Positions 40,950-59,500 of a DNA stretch of 64,000 nucleotides are shown one piece after another; positions within the stretch are counted from its first letter, which is position 1, and every line of letters begins with the position of its first letter. This DNA comes from the human T2T-CHM13v2.0 reference genome, Homo sapiens. The translations under genes were made by a program, and so were the position numbers. The stretch lies in NCBI RefSeq assembly GCF_009914755.1, contig NC_060947.1. One strand, 5' to 3'. The notes under the pieces are model-generated. The model was given only the letters and a program-made list of their open reading frames with translations, was not told the origin of the DNA and made no database searches.

Positions 40950-42130
40950 ATAAAGCTGTTATTACAGAAACACAGAGGGTGGGACGGATGAAGCGGGTGA
41001 GATGACAAAGGAGCAAGGAACATTCCAAAGGGTTGCCTGGGGGCTACAAGGCACCAACCTATTTGGCACTGAGAGGAAAAGCCAAGTCTTTTTAGGTGGT
41101 GAACGAACCCAGCACTGGTCAGAAGCTAGGAGCCCTGGGGACAGACCCTGTCATTCCAAGGATCTCAGGCATTTGGCATCACTGCTGTTGCCTCAAATGC
41201 TTTGCATGCATGCGGCTCACTCATACCTGTTTTCCTTTCGCTTAAATGACAACCCAAACTCTGCTAGTCACAAGGCTTTTAAAAACAGAAAAAGTTCCTA
41301 GGCAAGAGGAAAACAAATGCTTCCCAACAGAAAAGCAGATGGGGGCTTGCATTCAGACTGACCTCAGAGGCAGACGAGGCGGGATCCCAAGGCCTAGTCA
41401 GACCCAGAGCCTCAGATGCCAAGACGGTAAACTCCATATTTAAATGCGGCCGACTCAGATGTGAGGTGGACAGTGGACACTCCCTCCCTAAGGGCGGCTG
41501 CCCTCTACTACCCCCTCTTCCTTCTTCTGGTGAAATTCCTTTCAAAAGGGACCGGAGGGCAGGGCCATGGGAAGTTTTCAAATCTTGGAACTGCCGCCTG
41601 AGCCAACTTAGCACATGAACAGCCCCCTAAAACCAGGCAGTATCATTGTATCACCAGCCAATATATCTCATCAAATCCTCTCAACAAGACCCACCAGGAT
41701 ATTTACCAACAGCCCCCAGAAATCTCCATCTCTCGCCTGCCCAAATCAACCTTGTGAATCCTTCTGTTTTGTAAGGCAATCAATGTAATTACAAGAAGAC
41801 AAAGTGTTCTTTTAAAACACTAGCCACTGCAGAAGATGGGGCACCTGAGAGGAAAACATCCTTTCATGTTGGAGAGGAAGCAGGTTAGAAATGACAGACT
41901 TTGAGCAGCTATGTCACCATGGCTAGGATATGAGAAGAGAAATCACAAAGACTTTCAGCAGTTTGTCCTGAAGGTCCTGCTAAGTCTAAGTCCTATGCTG
42001 CCATCAGTAAAAAAAGCCAGGAGCCACAAACCAAATACAACTTTGTAGGAAGTTTGTGGTCCTTCCTACTACCAAAGAGACTCTAGAGGCACAAACTCAA
42101 CTTGTTCTCTTGTTCTTCTTGATCTGAACA

Positions 42131-42420
42131 CTTTTTTTTTTAAGATCGGAGTCTCACTCTGTCGCCCGGGGTGGAGTGCAGTGGCTCAATCTCTGCTCAC
42201 TGCAACCTCCGCCTCCCGGGTTCAAGCAATTCCCTGCCTCAGCCTCCCGAGTAGCTGGGATTACAGGTGCCTGCCACCATACCTGGCTAATTTTTGTATT
42301 TTTAGTAGAGACAGGGTTTCACCATCTTGGCCGGCCTGGTCTTGAACTCCTGACCTCGTGATCCGCCCGCCTCGGCCTCCCAAAGTGCTGGGATTACAGG
42401 CGTGAGCCACCACGCCCAGC
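42131..42420 (-). mobile_element. AluS
   Basis: TSD gatctgaaca. Confidence 0.9.
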
Positions 42421-42539
42421 GATCTGAACAGTTTTAGGATTAAAGCGTTCAAGAATGGTTTTAAACACAACTTTGAAAAAGGATGAAGAACTCCGATTTC
42501 TTGGGGACCCAATGCCTTTGCTACTCGGGCCCACTCTAC

Positions 42540-43283
42540 TTTTTTTTTTATTTTACAATTTTTAATTTTTGTGGCTACATAGTAGGTAGTAGGTGCATAT
42601 ATTTCTGGGGTACATGAGATGTTTTGGTACAGGCATGCAATATGAAATAATCATATCATGCAAAACAGGTTAGCCATCCCCCTCAAGCATTTATCCTTTG
42701 TGTTACAAACAATCCAGTCATACTAGTAGTTATTTTTAAATGAACAATTAAATTATTATTGACTATAATTACCCTGTTGTGCTATCAAATACCAGGCCTT
42801 ATTAATTCATTCTATTTTTTTATACCCATTAACCATTCCTACCTCCTTCCCACCCCCCAGTACCCTTCGCAGTCTCCAATAACCACCTACTCTCTATCTC
42901 CAGGCCCCACCCTATTTTGTTTTTCTTTCGAGACGGAGTCTCGCTCTGTCACCCAGGCTGGAGTACAGTGGCGCGAGGTCAGCTCACTGCAACCTCCGCT
43001 TCCTGGGTTCAAGCGATCCTATGCCTCAGCCTCCCAAGTAGCTACGATTACAAGCATGCGCCACCAGGCCCGGCTAATGTTCGTATTTTTAGTAGAGATA
43101 GGGTTTCACCATGTTAGCCAGACTGGTCTCAAACTCCTGACCTCAAGTGATCCACCTGCCTCGGCCTCCCAAAGTGCTGGGATCCTGGGCATGGTGGCGC
43201 AGAAGTTGCAGTGAGCTAAGATTGTGCCACTGCACTCCAGCATGGACAACAGAGTGAGACTTCATCTAAAAAGAAAGAAAGGA
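42540..43283. mobile_element. Antisense L1MA 3' end (42540-42900), then a minus Alu fused to a plus Alu fragment
   Basis: ggggtacatgagatgttttggtacaggcatgcaa..caagcatttatcctttgtgttacaaacaatcc; Alu junction at ~43184. Confidence 0.8.
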
Positions 43284-45510
43284 AATATGGTTGAGATCTG
43301 GTGATTCTATCTGCTGGTTAAAGGTTGTTAAGCAGATTGAAACAAGCACTTGCTCATTTGTTATACTATGTGTATCAGACAAGCACTAAAATGGACAGTA
43401 GATCTGGTAATTTCTATTCAGAGGTAATTAAAAGGAAAGAAAGAAGGCATCACTAGGGGGTAATGGGAACATGCACAGGATTTCAATATCGGAAGAACCT
43501 GTTGCTAGAGGAAACCACCAGCGGTATTTCCTTTCCGTCTTTTACACAGCTCCCAGGAAAACCACTTGCCAACTCATATCCCCTAAGTGTGCAACACAAA
43601 ATTGTTGGACAGCCTAAACATCTCAGGTCTTTCTGTATTTTGCAGCCTTGACAGCACCCAGCCCAAGCTTAGGAACAATGGTTGACTCTCTAGAAAAGCA
43701 GGTTAAGTCTCATTAGGAATGGGTCCCAAATGCTAAGGGCCTGGGTAACCAAGAATGATCAGTATCCAGGACAGATAATTATAAAACCTCAAAATCATAA
43801 TTTTTCTAAGGAGACTTTACTTAAGTACCTGGCCTTGCTAACTCCCCCAAACAACAAATGGTGGTATCACCTGGCACCTAAATTAAACATTCCAATTTTA
43901 CCATACCAACCTTAATGCACATAGGTGCTTATTTCACATTTTAAACCTTCACACATATTTTTCTATATTTCCAATTTCAAATGAAGGAAGATATCCTTAA
44001 GCTAATCTTAATATCAGAAGAGTGCATTAAATGATTCTACAATAGTTTCCAAACAGAACTTATTAAGAATCTCCCCCGCAAAAGTACCTCCTCCCCTTCC
44101 CCAATTTTGTTTCCATTAAAAAAAAAAAAAAAAAACCCCTTAAGTTCCTTCAAATAAAATCCAAGATACACTGAAAACCCAATCATACCGCCCCTCCCCA
44201 CCTCTCATGAGTACAACAGAACATCGAAACAAACTATTATTTAAGCTCTCAACCAAATAAAAATGCAAACTGAAACAACCTCTCCTTTTCAGTGTTTTAT
44301 TATACAAGGTCGCCTCTGCCACGGAGGGTCGTTCTGGTGGGTAGTTTCCAGGTTCTTCCCTAGCAGATGCAGCTTGAGTGTTTCAAGCAAAAAGGATAAA
44401 AACAAAAGCACACATTTCAAAGGTAGTTATAACGTTATCCTGTGACAGTTAATGAATTCTGCCTTTAAAATAGCATAATGAAAAATACAAACTGGAAATG
44501 ATTTAAGCTATCTCCTCCTCCTAAGAATGATGCAACTGAAGGCCCAGTCAGAAAATACTACCTCGCCCCCTCAACCCCAGTGAAAAAGCGTGTTTTAAGA
44601 AGATTTCTCTTGATTTCTTTCCTTTTCTTGGCCCATCGTATATAAAATACTCCCATCTTCACTATGTGATAATTCATCGAATTATAGTTTTGTGTGGTTT
44701 TTTAAATGCATATTAGACTGCAATAAAAAATGTTTTAAAAATAGCCTGCCTTATTAACTAAAAATAAAAAAGTTGTTGTCAGGAAAAACAGCATGAAATC
44801 GGTTTCCATGCTGCTTACACCCCCGCACTACCTGCAACCACTTTACAGAACGTTAGCATCAGACCTGCTTATCTAAAATCCTGCCAAATGTCCTCACAGT
44901 CTCCTCCGCTGCCTCGCTGGCTTCTGGGCAGCCAGGGACCAGCCCTCCATGGCTCCCAGCATCGGCAGCCTCGAGGGCTGAGAGCCTTGTTTGCCCCGCT
45001 GCCTCGATTGAGGGCCGCGGCCCGGCCACCTGAGCAGCGTTCCCAAGACAGGGAGCGCATCCGGGCGGGAGGAGCACCCGGTCCGGGGCAGACGCCTGGC
45101 CGCCCGGGCGAATCTGCCTCTGCCAATGGGTGACACGCCGATTTTGCCCCCTGGAAACGCCAAGAGGCGCGAAGCTGGGCCACCTTCGCCGCGGGCTGCA
45201 GCGGCGCTCGCGCGCGTTTCCCAGAACGCAGAGAGAGCGCGCGCGGAGGCCGGGGCAACCCCAGAACCCCGCTCGGTTTATCCTAACGACCCCCATGCCG
45301 GCTGCTCCTCGAGGACGGGGACTGGACCCGCAGCACCCCCTCAGGCACCTCCATCCCAAACACACCTGCCGCCCACCCTAAGCCACCCCCCATGTGTACC
45401 CACTCACCCAGGTCGCCCCAAGAAAGAACCCCGCCACTCGCACAGAGAGGGGTGCGGCCCTTGGATGCACGTCCGGACGATCCTGGGCCAGGGAAAGGGC
45501 GTTTATCTCA

Positions 45511-45990
<480 letters not shown>

Positions 45991-46687
45991 GGCGCGCGCT
46001 TGTAGCGTGTGCATGCAATGTGCACAACAGTCCTCACACAGCGCGTACGGGCGTGCACGCGTCCTTACACGCTGCTGTACACAGTGCACACACAGAAGGC
46101 GTGCGTACGCACACAGTTCTTCATACGATGCTTACATGCAACATGCACACACAACGTGCACACCCAGCGTAAATGCATCTTCTCACAGTAGCAGATACAC
46201 ACTCAAAGCGTGTGTAGATGTAGGGTGCAGTTTCTCAGACACCGTGCACACACATCCTCACTCAATGTGTGAACACAGAGCACATAACGCGCACACACGT
46301 GCTCACTCAGCACGCACACGCTTACACTCACTGGGTGTCTGCATGCAAACTCAGCAATGCAGCCTTGGGAACAATTTCTGGCTAGGCCCCCAGGTGGGTG
46401 CCAGTTGGGCCAGTGACATCTGTGCAGACGCCAGAGGACCCGCCCTCCATGCATAGTTAGGTTCCAGTTTTCGAGGCGCACGGGTAATCAGTGTTTAGTG
46501 ACGCCCCACCCTCAGCGTGCGGTCACCCAGAGAGGGACAGCAGCAAGCTATTGGGGTCGATCTTCAACTAAGAGGCAGCGGCACGCGCCGTAGGCCGACC
46601 TAGGCCTTTCAACGACACCCTACTCCGCAGCCAATTTGGTTCCTCTTCTCCTGAGGCGTAAATAATGCTGACTGAAACCTCCGCGAT

Positions 46688-46958
<271 letters not shown>

Positions 46959-48599
46959 CTCTGAGGAGGATCTCTCCGAGAAGACACACAAGAAACTGCT
47001 AAACGGGTTGCCTCCTAAGTAGGCACTTTTACCACTGCCATGCACATTTATTATCTTTTCAAAAACATTGAAAAAGACATCTTGGCAGGGCCGGCTCAAG
47101 CCTTTTGTTTACCCAGGCCTGCCAAGTGATAACCCGTTCCCATGGAGCCCCAGGCTGCATGTTTTTTCTCGTTGGAAGGTGACCAGCCTGAAAGTTTTAT
47201 TACCACTCCTGGGGGGAGATATACACGATTAAAAATGAAGCTGAATAATGGGTACAGGTTTTCTTTTTTGGATGAAAATATTCTAGGATTATGATGAGTG
47301 CACAACTAAGTATACTAAAAACTATTGAATTGTACATTTTAAGCGGGTGAATTTTATGGTCCCTTAATTATGTCTCATTTTTTTTTTTTTAATGTGAAGC
47401 TGAAACTCTCAGGAATGGGCACCTGTACTCTTGGCCAAAGCTGGGAAAGTCCCTTTGTGGCACAAAAAATGTTTGTGATGAACGTGTTCCTGACACGCCC
47501 AAAGGTGTGCCGGGAGTAGGGTTCAAGTGTGGTGAGAAAGCCAGGAAGTTTAAACATAAATGAGTAGGAAAGTGAGCAGGTGGGGGCTGGTACCCTGAGC
47601 TGTAATGAAAACTCGAACACATTGAGATTAAGCCAAATTAAGAGCGTGGGAGCTGTCACTTTCTCCTCCCTTATCTTAGGGACCTTTGGTGAGTTCAATT
47701 CATCCAACTCTTGAGCTCATGGACATGTGTGTGTAGCATCCCTCTCTACTTTTATTCTATTTTTGGGGTCCTTTTACTTTCCATTCCTCTCCCTAATTAT
47801 AAACACCTCCTCTGATATCTTTGCAGCTGCAATTTTGAAATACTGTTTTGAAGATACGCATGTATTTTAATTGTATATAAATGACACTGCATAAAAGCTA
47901 TCATTCTATTTGTTTTTCCTCTCTTGGCATTGTTCTCAATCTACACAAAATGATTAGCCATTCTATCTGGTTTACCCTTCTGTAAATTCCCTGTTCAATC
48001 CTTGCCCACCTTTCCACTGGGCTACTCTGGTTGATTTCCAGGAGTTTCTTGTATTCTAGATAATTTCTGGTTTAAATGTTGCAAATATTTTATCCTAGCC
48101 AACTAAGCTTTTTAAGATTGGTAAAATTTTCCTTAATTTTTATGACAAAATCCTATTAACATGTTTACTCCATTTACAATATTGCCCTATTTTTTATCAA
48201 CTGTTTTTGAAAGTTACATTACAAATACTTCCATGTGTATTTCCTAAGATTATGAATGTTCTGTTACACATACTAGAGTTGACTACCAACTTAAGTTTCA
48301 CATGGATACAGTAATTTTCTCTCCATTGGCTGTTCCTCCACCTTAGAGGTAGTTTTCCTCTTGCAAAATGCACTGTGGTGAGGCACCTTAAGGCTATGCA
48401 GGTACTTACTCTTCGTCAAAAATTCTCTCTAGATTTAGCATCCATTGATGGTTCTTGCTTGATCTGATCTCATAATGATTACGAAGTGATAAAATCCATA
48501 AATTTTTCACCTTATGGTTTGCATTTTAAGAAGTCTTAATACGAACTTCCCTAGTCCCAAGATACTCCCCATTGCCCTCATGCTTATAGTAAAAAACGT

Positions 48600-48630
<31 letters not shown>

Positions 48631-49159
48631 AAATGCTTTACTCTTAAGCAATTTTTCTGTATAGGGTGAGGTAAAGAGCCAAATCCACTTTTCTCTCCGA
48701 AGTGTAGTTTGGTCAGCACTACCTGCTTACCTATCCTTTCCCCAGTAATTTTTGAAGCCACTTTTTAAAAAATCAAGTACCTAATTTCCATAGTAGGTGA
48801 GATAGCTTCTGAGCTATCTATTCTGATCTTCCTGTTACTGCATCTATTATTCACTACTATGGCTTAGGGTGCAATTTATTTGTTGAATTCCCTCTTAGCA
48901 GTGTTTCTAGAATTCTTTGAAATTCAGTATTTCCACATGAATATATTTTAGGATGTTTTTGCAATCTCCCACCAAGGCCTGCTGTAATACTAAATGTAAT
49001 TATATTGAAGTCAGAGGTTAATTTGGAGAAAATTGACATTTTCGACATTATGACAGAATATCCAATAGTGTAATTTCTATTTAAGCTTTTAAAAAAAATG
49101 ACTTTCGAGTTTTCCGTGCTTTTCCCACTACACTAACTTCCTATAAAAATCTATAGCAT

Positions 49160-50050
<891 letters not shown>

Positions 50051-50059
50051 TTAGTGTCT

Positions 50060-51510
<1,451 letters not shown>

Positions 51511-51804
51511 AAGTATAAAGTAGGAGTTGGCAAACCCCTTTCTACAAAGGACCAGATAGTAAATACCTTGGGTCTTTGCAGGCCATCTGATCTGTTAGAA
51601 CAACTCAGTTCTGCCACCGTAGTGCAAAAATAGCCGCCACAGACAACACACACAAATGAGTGTGGCTATATTCCAATAAAACCTATTAACAGAAATAGGT
51701 AGTGGGACGTACTTGACCTATCTACTGTAGTTTGTTGCCCCTTGATATAAAGGGCTTGAGACCAGATAATTTGAGACCTGCACAACAACTAAGTGGTATA
51801 GTAG

Positions 51805-52853
<1,049 letters not shown>

Positions 52854-53433
52854 TTAAAATTGTAAATATGTATTAAACGTTATCAAATCTGCGAAGTCCA
52901 ACTAATTTTGTATCTGACAGCACAGAAATCAGCAATGGGACTTGACTCGGACTTTGTCCCTACTTTCTGATCTACCAACATCAAGTTGTGAACTGAACAA
53001 AACAATGGACTGGAATGGCAGTACAGACTGGGCTTTTAAAAGGGGGCAAGTTGGCCAGAAGTGTAAGTATTTACTTCACCTATAGGTCTCTGCATCGTAT
53101 AAAGTAAAGGTCTGTTGAATGTGACTTTGCAATCTGAAGTCACTCTGCTGAAGTGACTTACCATTAGAAAATGCCTTCTTCAGCACAGATTTGTGACAAA
53201 TTCACTTGCTGAGAAAATGCAACCCCATATCTGGAATATGGCTAAATGGATTCATTCAGATCAAACAACCAAAAACAGACAAAAATAAAAACAAGGTATA
53301 CCTTTTCCTTATATATCACAATTAAGTTTTAAAAACAGCAAATTTTTGGAAAAGAGTCATATGAATAAATAGTTTAAAATGTTATAAAGTTAGAAAAGAA
53401 TCAATTGTATACATTGTTGAAAGTTGTTCATAT

Positions 53434-53439
53434 TTTATT
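53434..53439 (-). terminator. Distal polyadenylation signal AATAAA of EIF1AX
   Basis: tttatt on the + strand, with U-rich sequence downstream on the minus strand. Confidence 0.7.
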
Positions 53440-53879
53440 TTCTAATTGCAGTAGTTTGTATCTGATTTCTTTACATCATTCCATATGATGGGAAAGGAAA
53501 CCTCTAAATCAGTTAGTACTAATTAGCTGTCATGAATCTATAGTAAAAGGAATCACTGAAGATTTAAGAATAAAATATTATCAGAGGTATCAATATTAAT
53601 AACTATAATCTTTTTCTAAAGAAATATAGAACAGTTGGTATTTTGTAAAATATCTTCAAGCAAATGAGAGACTTCATCTGTTAGTCTTATGCCAAATTAA
53701 ATGAGTTTGGTAGCAATTTCAAATACTATGTTGACATGAATGTACAAATATACATTCTACGTGTTCCTTCTATTGTACGAATCAAAGACTGCACGCAAAA
53801 GAAATGGGAAATACAGAATACAGAAGACATGCACCTTCTATCTTACATAGTACTGGATATCAAGTGAAAAGAGCAGACA

Positions 53880-54105
53880 CTGATCTAAGTACATTACATG
53901 TATAAACATCTAAATTATCAATCCTCCCAACAATTCTGCATGACAGGTACTGTTTTCATCATCCCCATCTTAGAGGTGAAGAACCTGAAGCTGAGACAAG
54001 CAGGAGAATGTGCCAGTGGTCACCTGCAGGTAGAGGGCCAAGTAAGGGTGGGGGCAAAGGCCCTTTGACCCCAGGATCCATGCTCTCCCCTCTCCAGTAC
54101 ACTGC
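53880..54105. mobile_element. MIR inside the EIF1AX distal 3' UTR
   Basis: aatcctcccaacaattctgca..ccccatcttagaggtgaagaacctgaagctgaga. Confidence 0.6.
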
Positions 54106-57100
54106 CTCACAAGTACCTAGCAACTTGCAGGGCTAGGAGGGGGGAATAAGAGAGGACAAAGTCCAATACATTCTCCAAATTGCTCAGTTCATTCTATACC
54201 TGAGAGTCTTGTGTCTTTTCACATTTTGCTCTTTTCTGAATAGGAAGAAAAAAAGCAAAGATAAAAAGGATGGTAGTTTAGGGTAAACCAAAAACACAAA
54301 GCAGTGTGCAAAAGTTCATGGGAGTCCAAAGAGTATAAATAAAACTTACCCTTACGAAGTAGAATAAAGATAAGCATTTCATACCAATACAAATCATTTT
54401 CATCTTTATGACAGTCAGGTAACATCAAAAAAACCTTGCTTTCATTCTGATACTTTAGCTGTCAATCCAGTCAATACCGGTTGTTGTTAAGTCTGTATAC
54501 AAGTAAAGTATAAATCTAGCTATTTTACTCAAAACATGCTTTTACCTATTTGATTACTCAGAGTTACTCTGAAATCAATAATGACAGCAGTTTATACCTA
54601 TGGAAGATGTTACTGAACATCATAATCTAATATTTACATTAGATGAGATTAAGTTAAATTACAAGTCACAAAGAGTTTGTAAGCAAACATTTATAGCCAT
54701 GATTCCACAGATGTGGTGAGTAAACCAACAGCCATTCCTAAATAAAATACAAGAATTTCCATCATGCATAGTTTACAGGCTTGGTAAGAAGCGGTCTCTT
54801 TAGGGGCCAGATGCTTAAGAAATATTCAACAAACAATGAAATCTTGGCTTTTTTTTTTTTTTACACAAATGTTTGGTTATTTAGCCACACTAGTGATAAA
54901 ACATATTCATATTCTAACTGCAAGTGGAATAAACATTGCAACAAAAATGCAACCCAATCAAAATCATTAGTAATAACTATTACTCCCTCTTAGCAGTAAG
55001 AACCATTATTCTTGGATTTCAAACATTTTATTTTCTGTGCATAGCTTATAGCACTGTATTATAGGAATCAGAGTGTATAAGCAAAAAAATGAAAAATAAA
55101 ACTTCTTGGAGACCATTTCCATTATTTATGATTAAATCAATGAAACTATACAATTTCCACATTAAATACAAATTAGTAGAAGAATTCCTCCAAGTAGTAT
55201 TGCATATAAGCTACAACTTTACCCCAACTATTTTAATCACTATGATTCGAGATTTCCTAGGATTTAACAGCCCAAGATTGGGCTGTTACTACCTCAGCAA
55301 GAACAATCACCAGTAAATACATGAACTGGGGTTATAGCTGAATTTTTAGAAACTCTCCAGACAAACCACGTGTTAGAGGAGGTAAGTAGAAAAACTAATG
55401 TTTGAGCTGTGCTATTCCTACCAGGAACTATATCAAATATGCAAAGTTCAAACATTCTTAGTAAAATAATATGAAAGGATCTATATATACTGTAAATTTA
55501 GCAAAAACACTTTTATGTACAGAAGCCTAAATATCTTAGGAGGTTTAGAATACCAATGAAGAGAATTGTTAATTCTTCAAGGCTGGTTTCTTATGAGGAT
55601 TAAAAACCAGCCCTTAGTCTCAGATGCATTCCACCTAGATGTGTTCACGAACTCCATAGAATAAGAAATATAAACCATGAATACGTACTCTTAATTTCCA
55701 TTCTTCAACTTAATGTTCTATAGTACTTCAGATTTTTAAATCCAGAGTTTGGTGTACACTTAGGAAATTATAGTAAGAGTAGATTAGAGAAGATTTGCTT
55801 GTTTTCCTTTTGAAGCCATGTGAAGGTTTATTACCCTGTGTATTTTCATCACTGAAAAGTTCCCCGGTGACTAATAAAATAAAAGTGTCACAAGCTACAT
55901 GATGGATCTCTTCTTTTAATGTTGCATAGAGTTTCAGTTTGGCTAGTGAGGGCTAACTAGCTCAGCCCTAGTTTCATTTTATTAGAGTTGACCACTAAAA
56001 ACTAAATAAGGAAGTTACCAGTAAAGCTAATTCCCAATACAAGCAAAAAACAAAAACAAAAAACAAAAACAAAACCATTCACATAATAAAATATATCCTT
56101 AACACAAAATAAGGGTATAACATATTCTGCAGCATGACATTTTATTTTATTTCTCAGCTGTAGCTTTTTCATTCAGAAACTGGAGACCATCTTTTCACTG
56201 AGTTGTTATTCCTTCCTCTTCCCTTAGCTTAGGGATATGTTGAAAAAGGCTTTTCAACAAGTATTTTATTTTTTACAAGTTGCTATGAAATTAAAATTTA
56301 TATATATATCTTAAGTGTTTATAAAGCACTCAAAATTGTAGCTTACATGTATATGACTTCTGAAAATAAAAATCACACTTCTAACATAATCTTTCTGCTC
56401 TGCAAAAATATTCTACATACATGCATATGATCAAAACAATCTTTTCATGTTTGGGGTATTTCTTACACATAGTAAAAGAAAAGTCAACAATTGTATCAGT
56501 ACTTCCCCTGTTAAGATAACTGAGTGCCACCTAGTGTTCAATTTCTGCAACTACTAAGCTTACAAATTCAATACTGCTATTAAAACCCAGGTTCTGAAAA
56601 CGGCATTTTGGAAATCTTTTTTTTTTTTTTTATGTTTACGGTGGCAAAATACGACTATGAAAAGAACATGATATCAAAATCAGTATAAAAATAGCCACAG
56701 GCTACTTAAATATGACAAACAGACTTATTTTTTTTCTTCAACTGCAGACTTCTGCCTCCCTCAAATTGTATCAAAATCTCAAGGGAATATCTAGGTAACT
56801 GGAATATACACAATGACTCTATACAATCAAGAGGCCAGGGCTTAATCAGATTCCGTGAGGACAAGGCAAATGATTTCTTCAAAACACCCATTTTCTTACT
56901 GGAAGTGGTAGGAAAAGCAGCAATGCATGGTTTTTTTTTTTTTTTGTAATTAGTAGACATGGTCTTCTACCCATAAGCTCCATTACATTAAAAGAACAAA
57001 GTGGGCTTAACATCTCACTTAAGATAATTCAGCATTATTATCAGTTTTAAAAAAACCAAAAATATCTTAGAAACAAATCAGTCTGCTTTAACAAATTGCA

Positions 57101-57197
57101 TTCATGCTAATGAAATTTTAATCTTCTTTGTCATGATCAAAATCCAAATTGTAGGACAATCTTCAGAAAAGATGGAATGTAAAATGTTGAGTTCAAT

Positions 57198-57203
57198 TTA
57201 GAT
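57198..57203 (-). CDS. EIF1AX: EIF1AX terminal exon coding part (ATC TAA; final Ile plus stop)
   Basis: Polypyrimidine tract ttcttttcccttccag|ATCTAA completes the known ...DIDDI* terminus. Confidence 0.92.
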   Translation of the reverse strand: M

Positions 57204-58796
57204 CTGGAAGGGAAAAGAACATCAGATGAAAGGAAAAAGAATTCTTATATTCCAACAGTCTACTCCATATATAAGGGAGACTTTCACCTCCTTAGGCTAT
57301 GTGAGAAACAAATCCAGTTTGAAGAAGAAATTCCTATAATTCTGGCCTGCTATAAGTAAATCGTGATGATCTCCTTTGTAATGTTACATGTTATGCAAAA
57401 TATTCTTAATAAAATTTACTGTCTCCTTCCTTTAATGCTTGTAATTTGAGATTTTTGTATCTCATGGATGGGAGCAGACACAGGAAGCATGATATGATTG
57501 ATCCCGTTCAGTGTGATACTGACCTAATTCTCCTGAGTCAATCTGGTTATAGTTAAAACATCTATAAACCACCTGGAGAAATGTCTCAAAGAGTAGGGTT
57601 CTCAGGTGACAGAGCCAACTTTTACAAAATGTTCAAGAGAACTCCTTTAATAATCACTCTTTACCATCCCTTTTCCAGCCAGCCAGCTGGGTCCAGTTCT
57701 GAGGAGGCGTTGGCCCAGATCCAGAAATTTTTACTGAGAAAATCTTGACCACGCCTAGATTCTCAACCCATTATCTTGGTGCATGCGGCTTCATATCCAT
57801 GCATGTTCTCTGGTTAGGTTCCTTAATTTTTTTTTTTTTTTAAAGAGGCCTTCTACCCCTGCTCAGATGTCAAAATGTTTGGGTTGGCGCTTAATCCACA
57901 TGTCAGCTGCAAGCTCTTATTTACCAAAGAATAGAATTGTTAATTCTATTGTCAAAATATTAGTAACAGTTTAGTCGTAAGACTCCTCTTGGCTCAGGGT
58001 CTCCAAAATTAAGAAAATAACAGAACAACATGTTTATTTCTCACTTCCTATTTTTGTGTACATGTTAAAATGTCTATAATATTAGTAATTTAACTCACAG
58101 TGTGAGTATTCTTGGTCAGGAACAACTGCTCTAGGTATTCCGAAATTCCATCTTTGCATCAAATTTAACGTTATTATGTTATTTATGTAGAGACAAAGTC
58201 TGGCTATGTTACCCAGGCTGGTCTTGAACTCCTGGGCTCAGGTGATCCTCCCCTATCAGTCTCCTGAGTAGCTGGGACTATGGGTGCATACCACCACATC
58301 TGACTTATTATTGTTTTTGGGTTGAAATACACAGGTGGTTTCTGAACTACATTTTAGTTAAAAGAGGTTTGAAAAGAAGAGCCCAAAACAGATTTAAGAG
58401 TAACACCCTAATCACTAAATAAATTTATACTGCCAAAAGATTAAGTTTGAATTTCATTCAATTACAGTAACAGCAGAAGTGCAGTAAAGCATTTACACTT
58501 ATGGGCATTACTACTTTATTATTAGGAAAGACAATCCATTTTCCTCAAAATAAACATACCAACTGCAAACCAAGAGTTTGCCAACAGTACACACCCAACA
58601 GCTAAAAATACCATAATTGGCAATAGGCTTCCATTTTGACAAGGCTTTCAGTGTATGTTGTAATTCCAATGCTTCATATCAAGCTGGTTCAAACAAGATT
58701 CTTTCAACACACTAATATTTCAATTAAAAAGGCATGTTCCTTTGATAAGATCTATTTTTCAACTGTCCACTAAATTTCTTAATGGCTATCTCTTTA

Positions 58797-59230
<434 letters not shown>

Positions 59231-59408
59231 TCAAAATATAAACAGTTTGACCAGGTGTCTTCTAAATAATATTATTTAATTCAGACAATTCTCAAAATAC
59301 AACCTTATTTAAGTGTCCCATGTTCTTAAAATTAATGGATGTTAGGGGAAAGTTGGTTTCTCCATGGATAATAACAAAAATTGGAAAACACAAGGTACAT
59401 CTACTTAC

Positions 59409-59500
59409 GTCATCAATATCTTCATCATCATCTCCAATGTCATCAAACTGAATTTCATCATCATCTCCAGGACCAAATGTATCAGTTTCATTGATTTTAG
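59409..59500 (-). CDS. EIF1AX: EIF1AX 92-nt exon (exon 6), acidic C-terminal tail
   Basis: ag|CTAAAATC...GATGAC|gtaagt encodes (A)[30 protein letters not shown]. Confidence 0.97.

Larger units (their letters stand above)
53417..57197 (-). other. EIF1AX: EIF1AX long AT-rich 3' UTR (~3.8 kb)
   Basis: AT-rich, Alu-free stretch after the stop codon, ending near a minus-strand AATAAA at 53434-53439. The exact end is inferred. Confidence 0.75.

Noticed and set aside
57260-57960. Unique, exon-like sequence in the last EIF1AX intron (possible H/ACA RNA or alternative exon)
   Set aside because: I could not find a convincing hairpin-H-hairpin-ACA structure or a coherent reading frame by eye.
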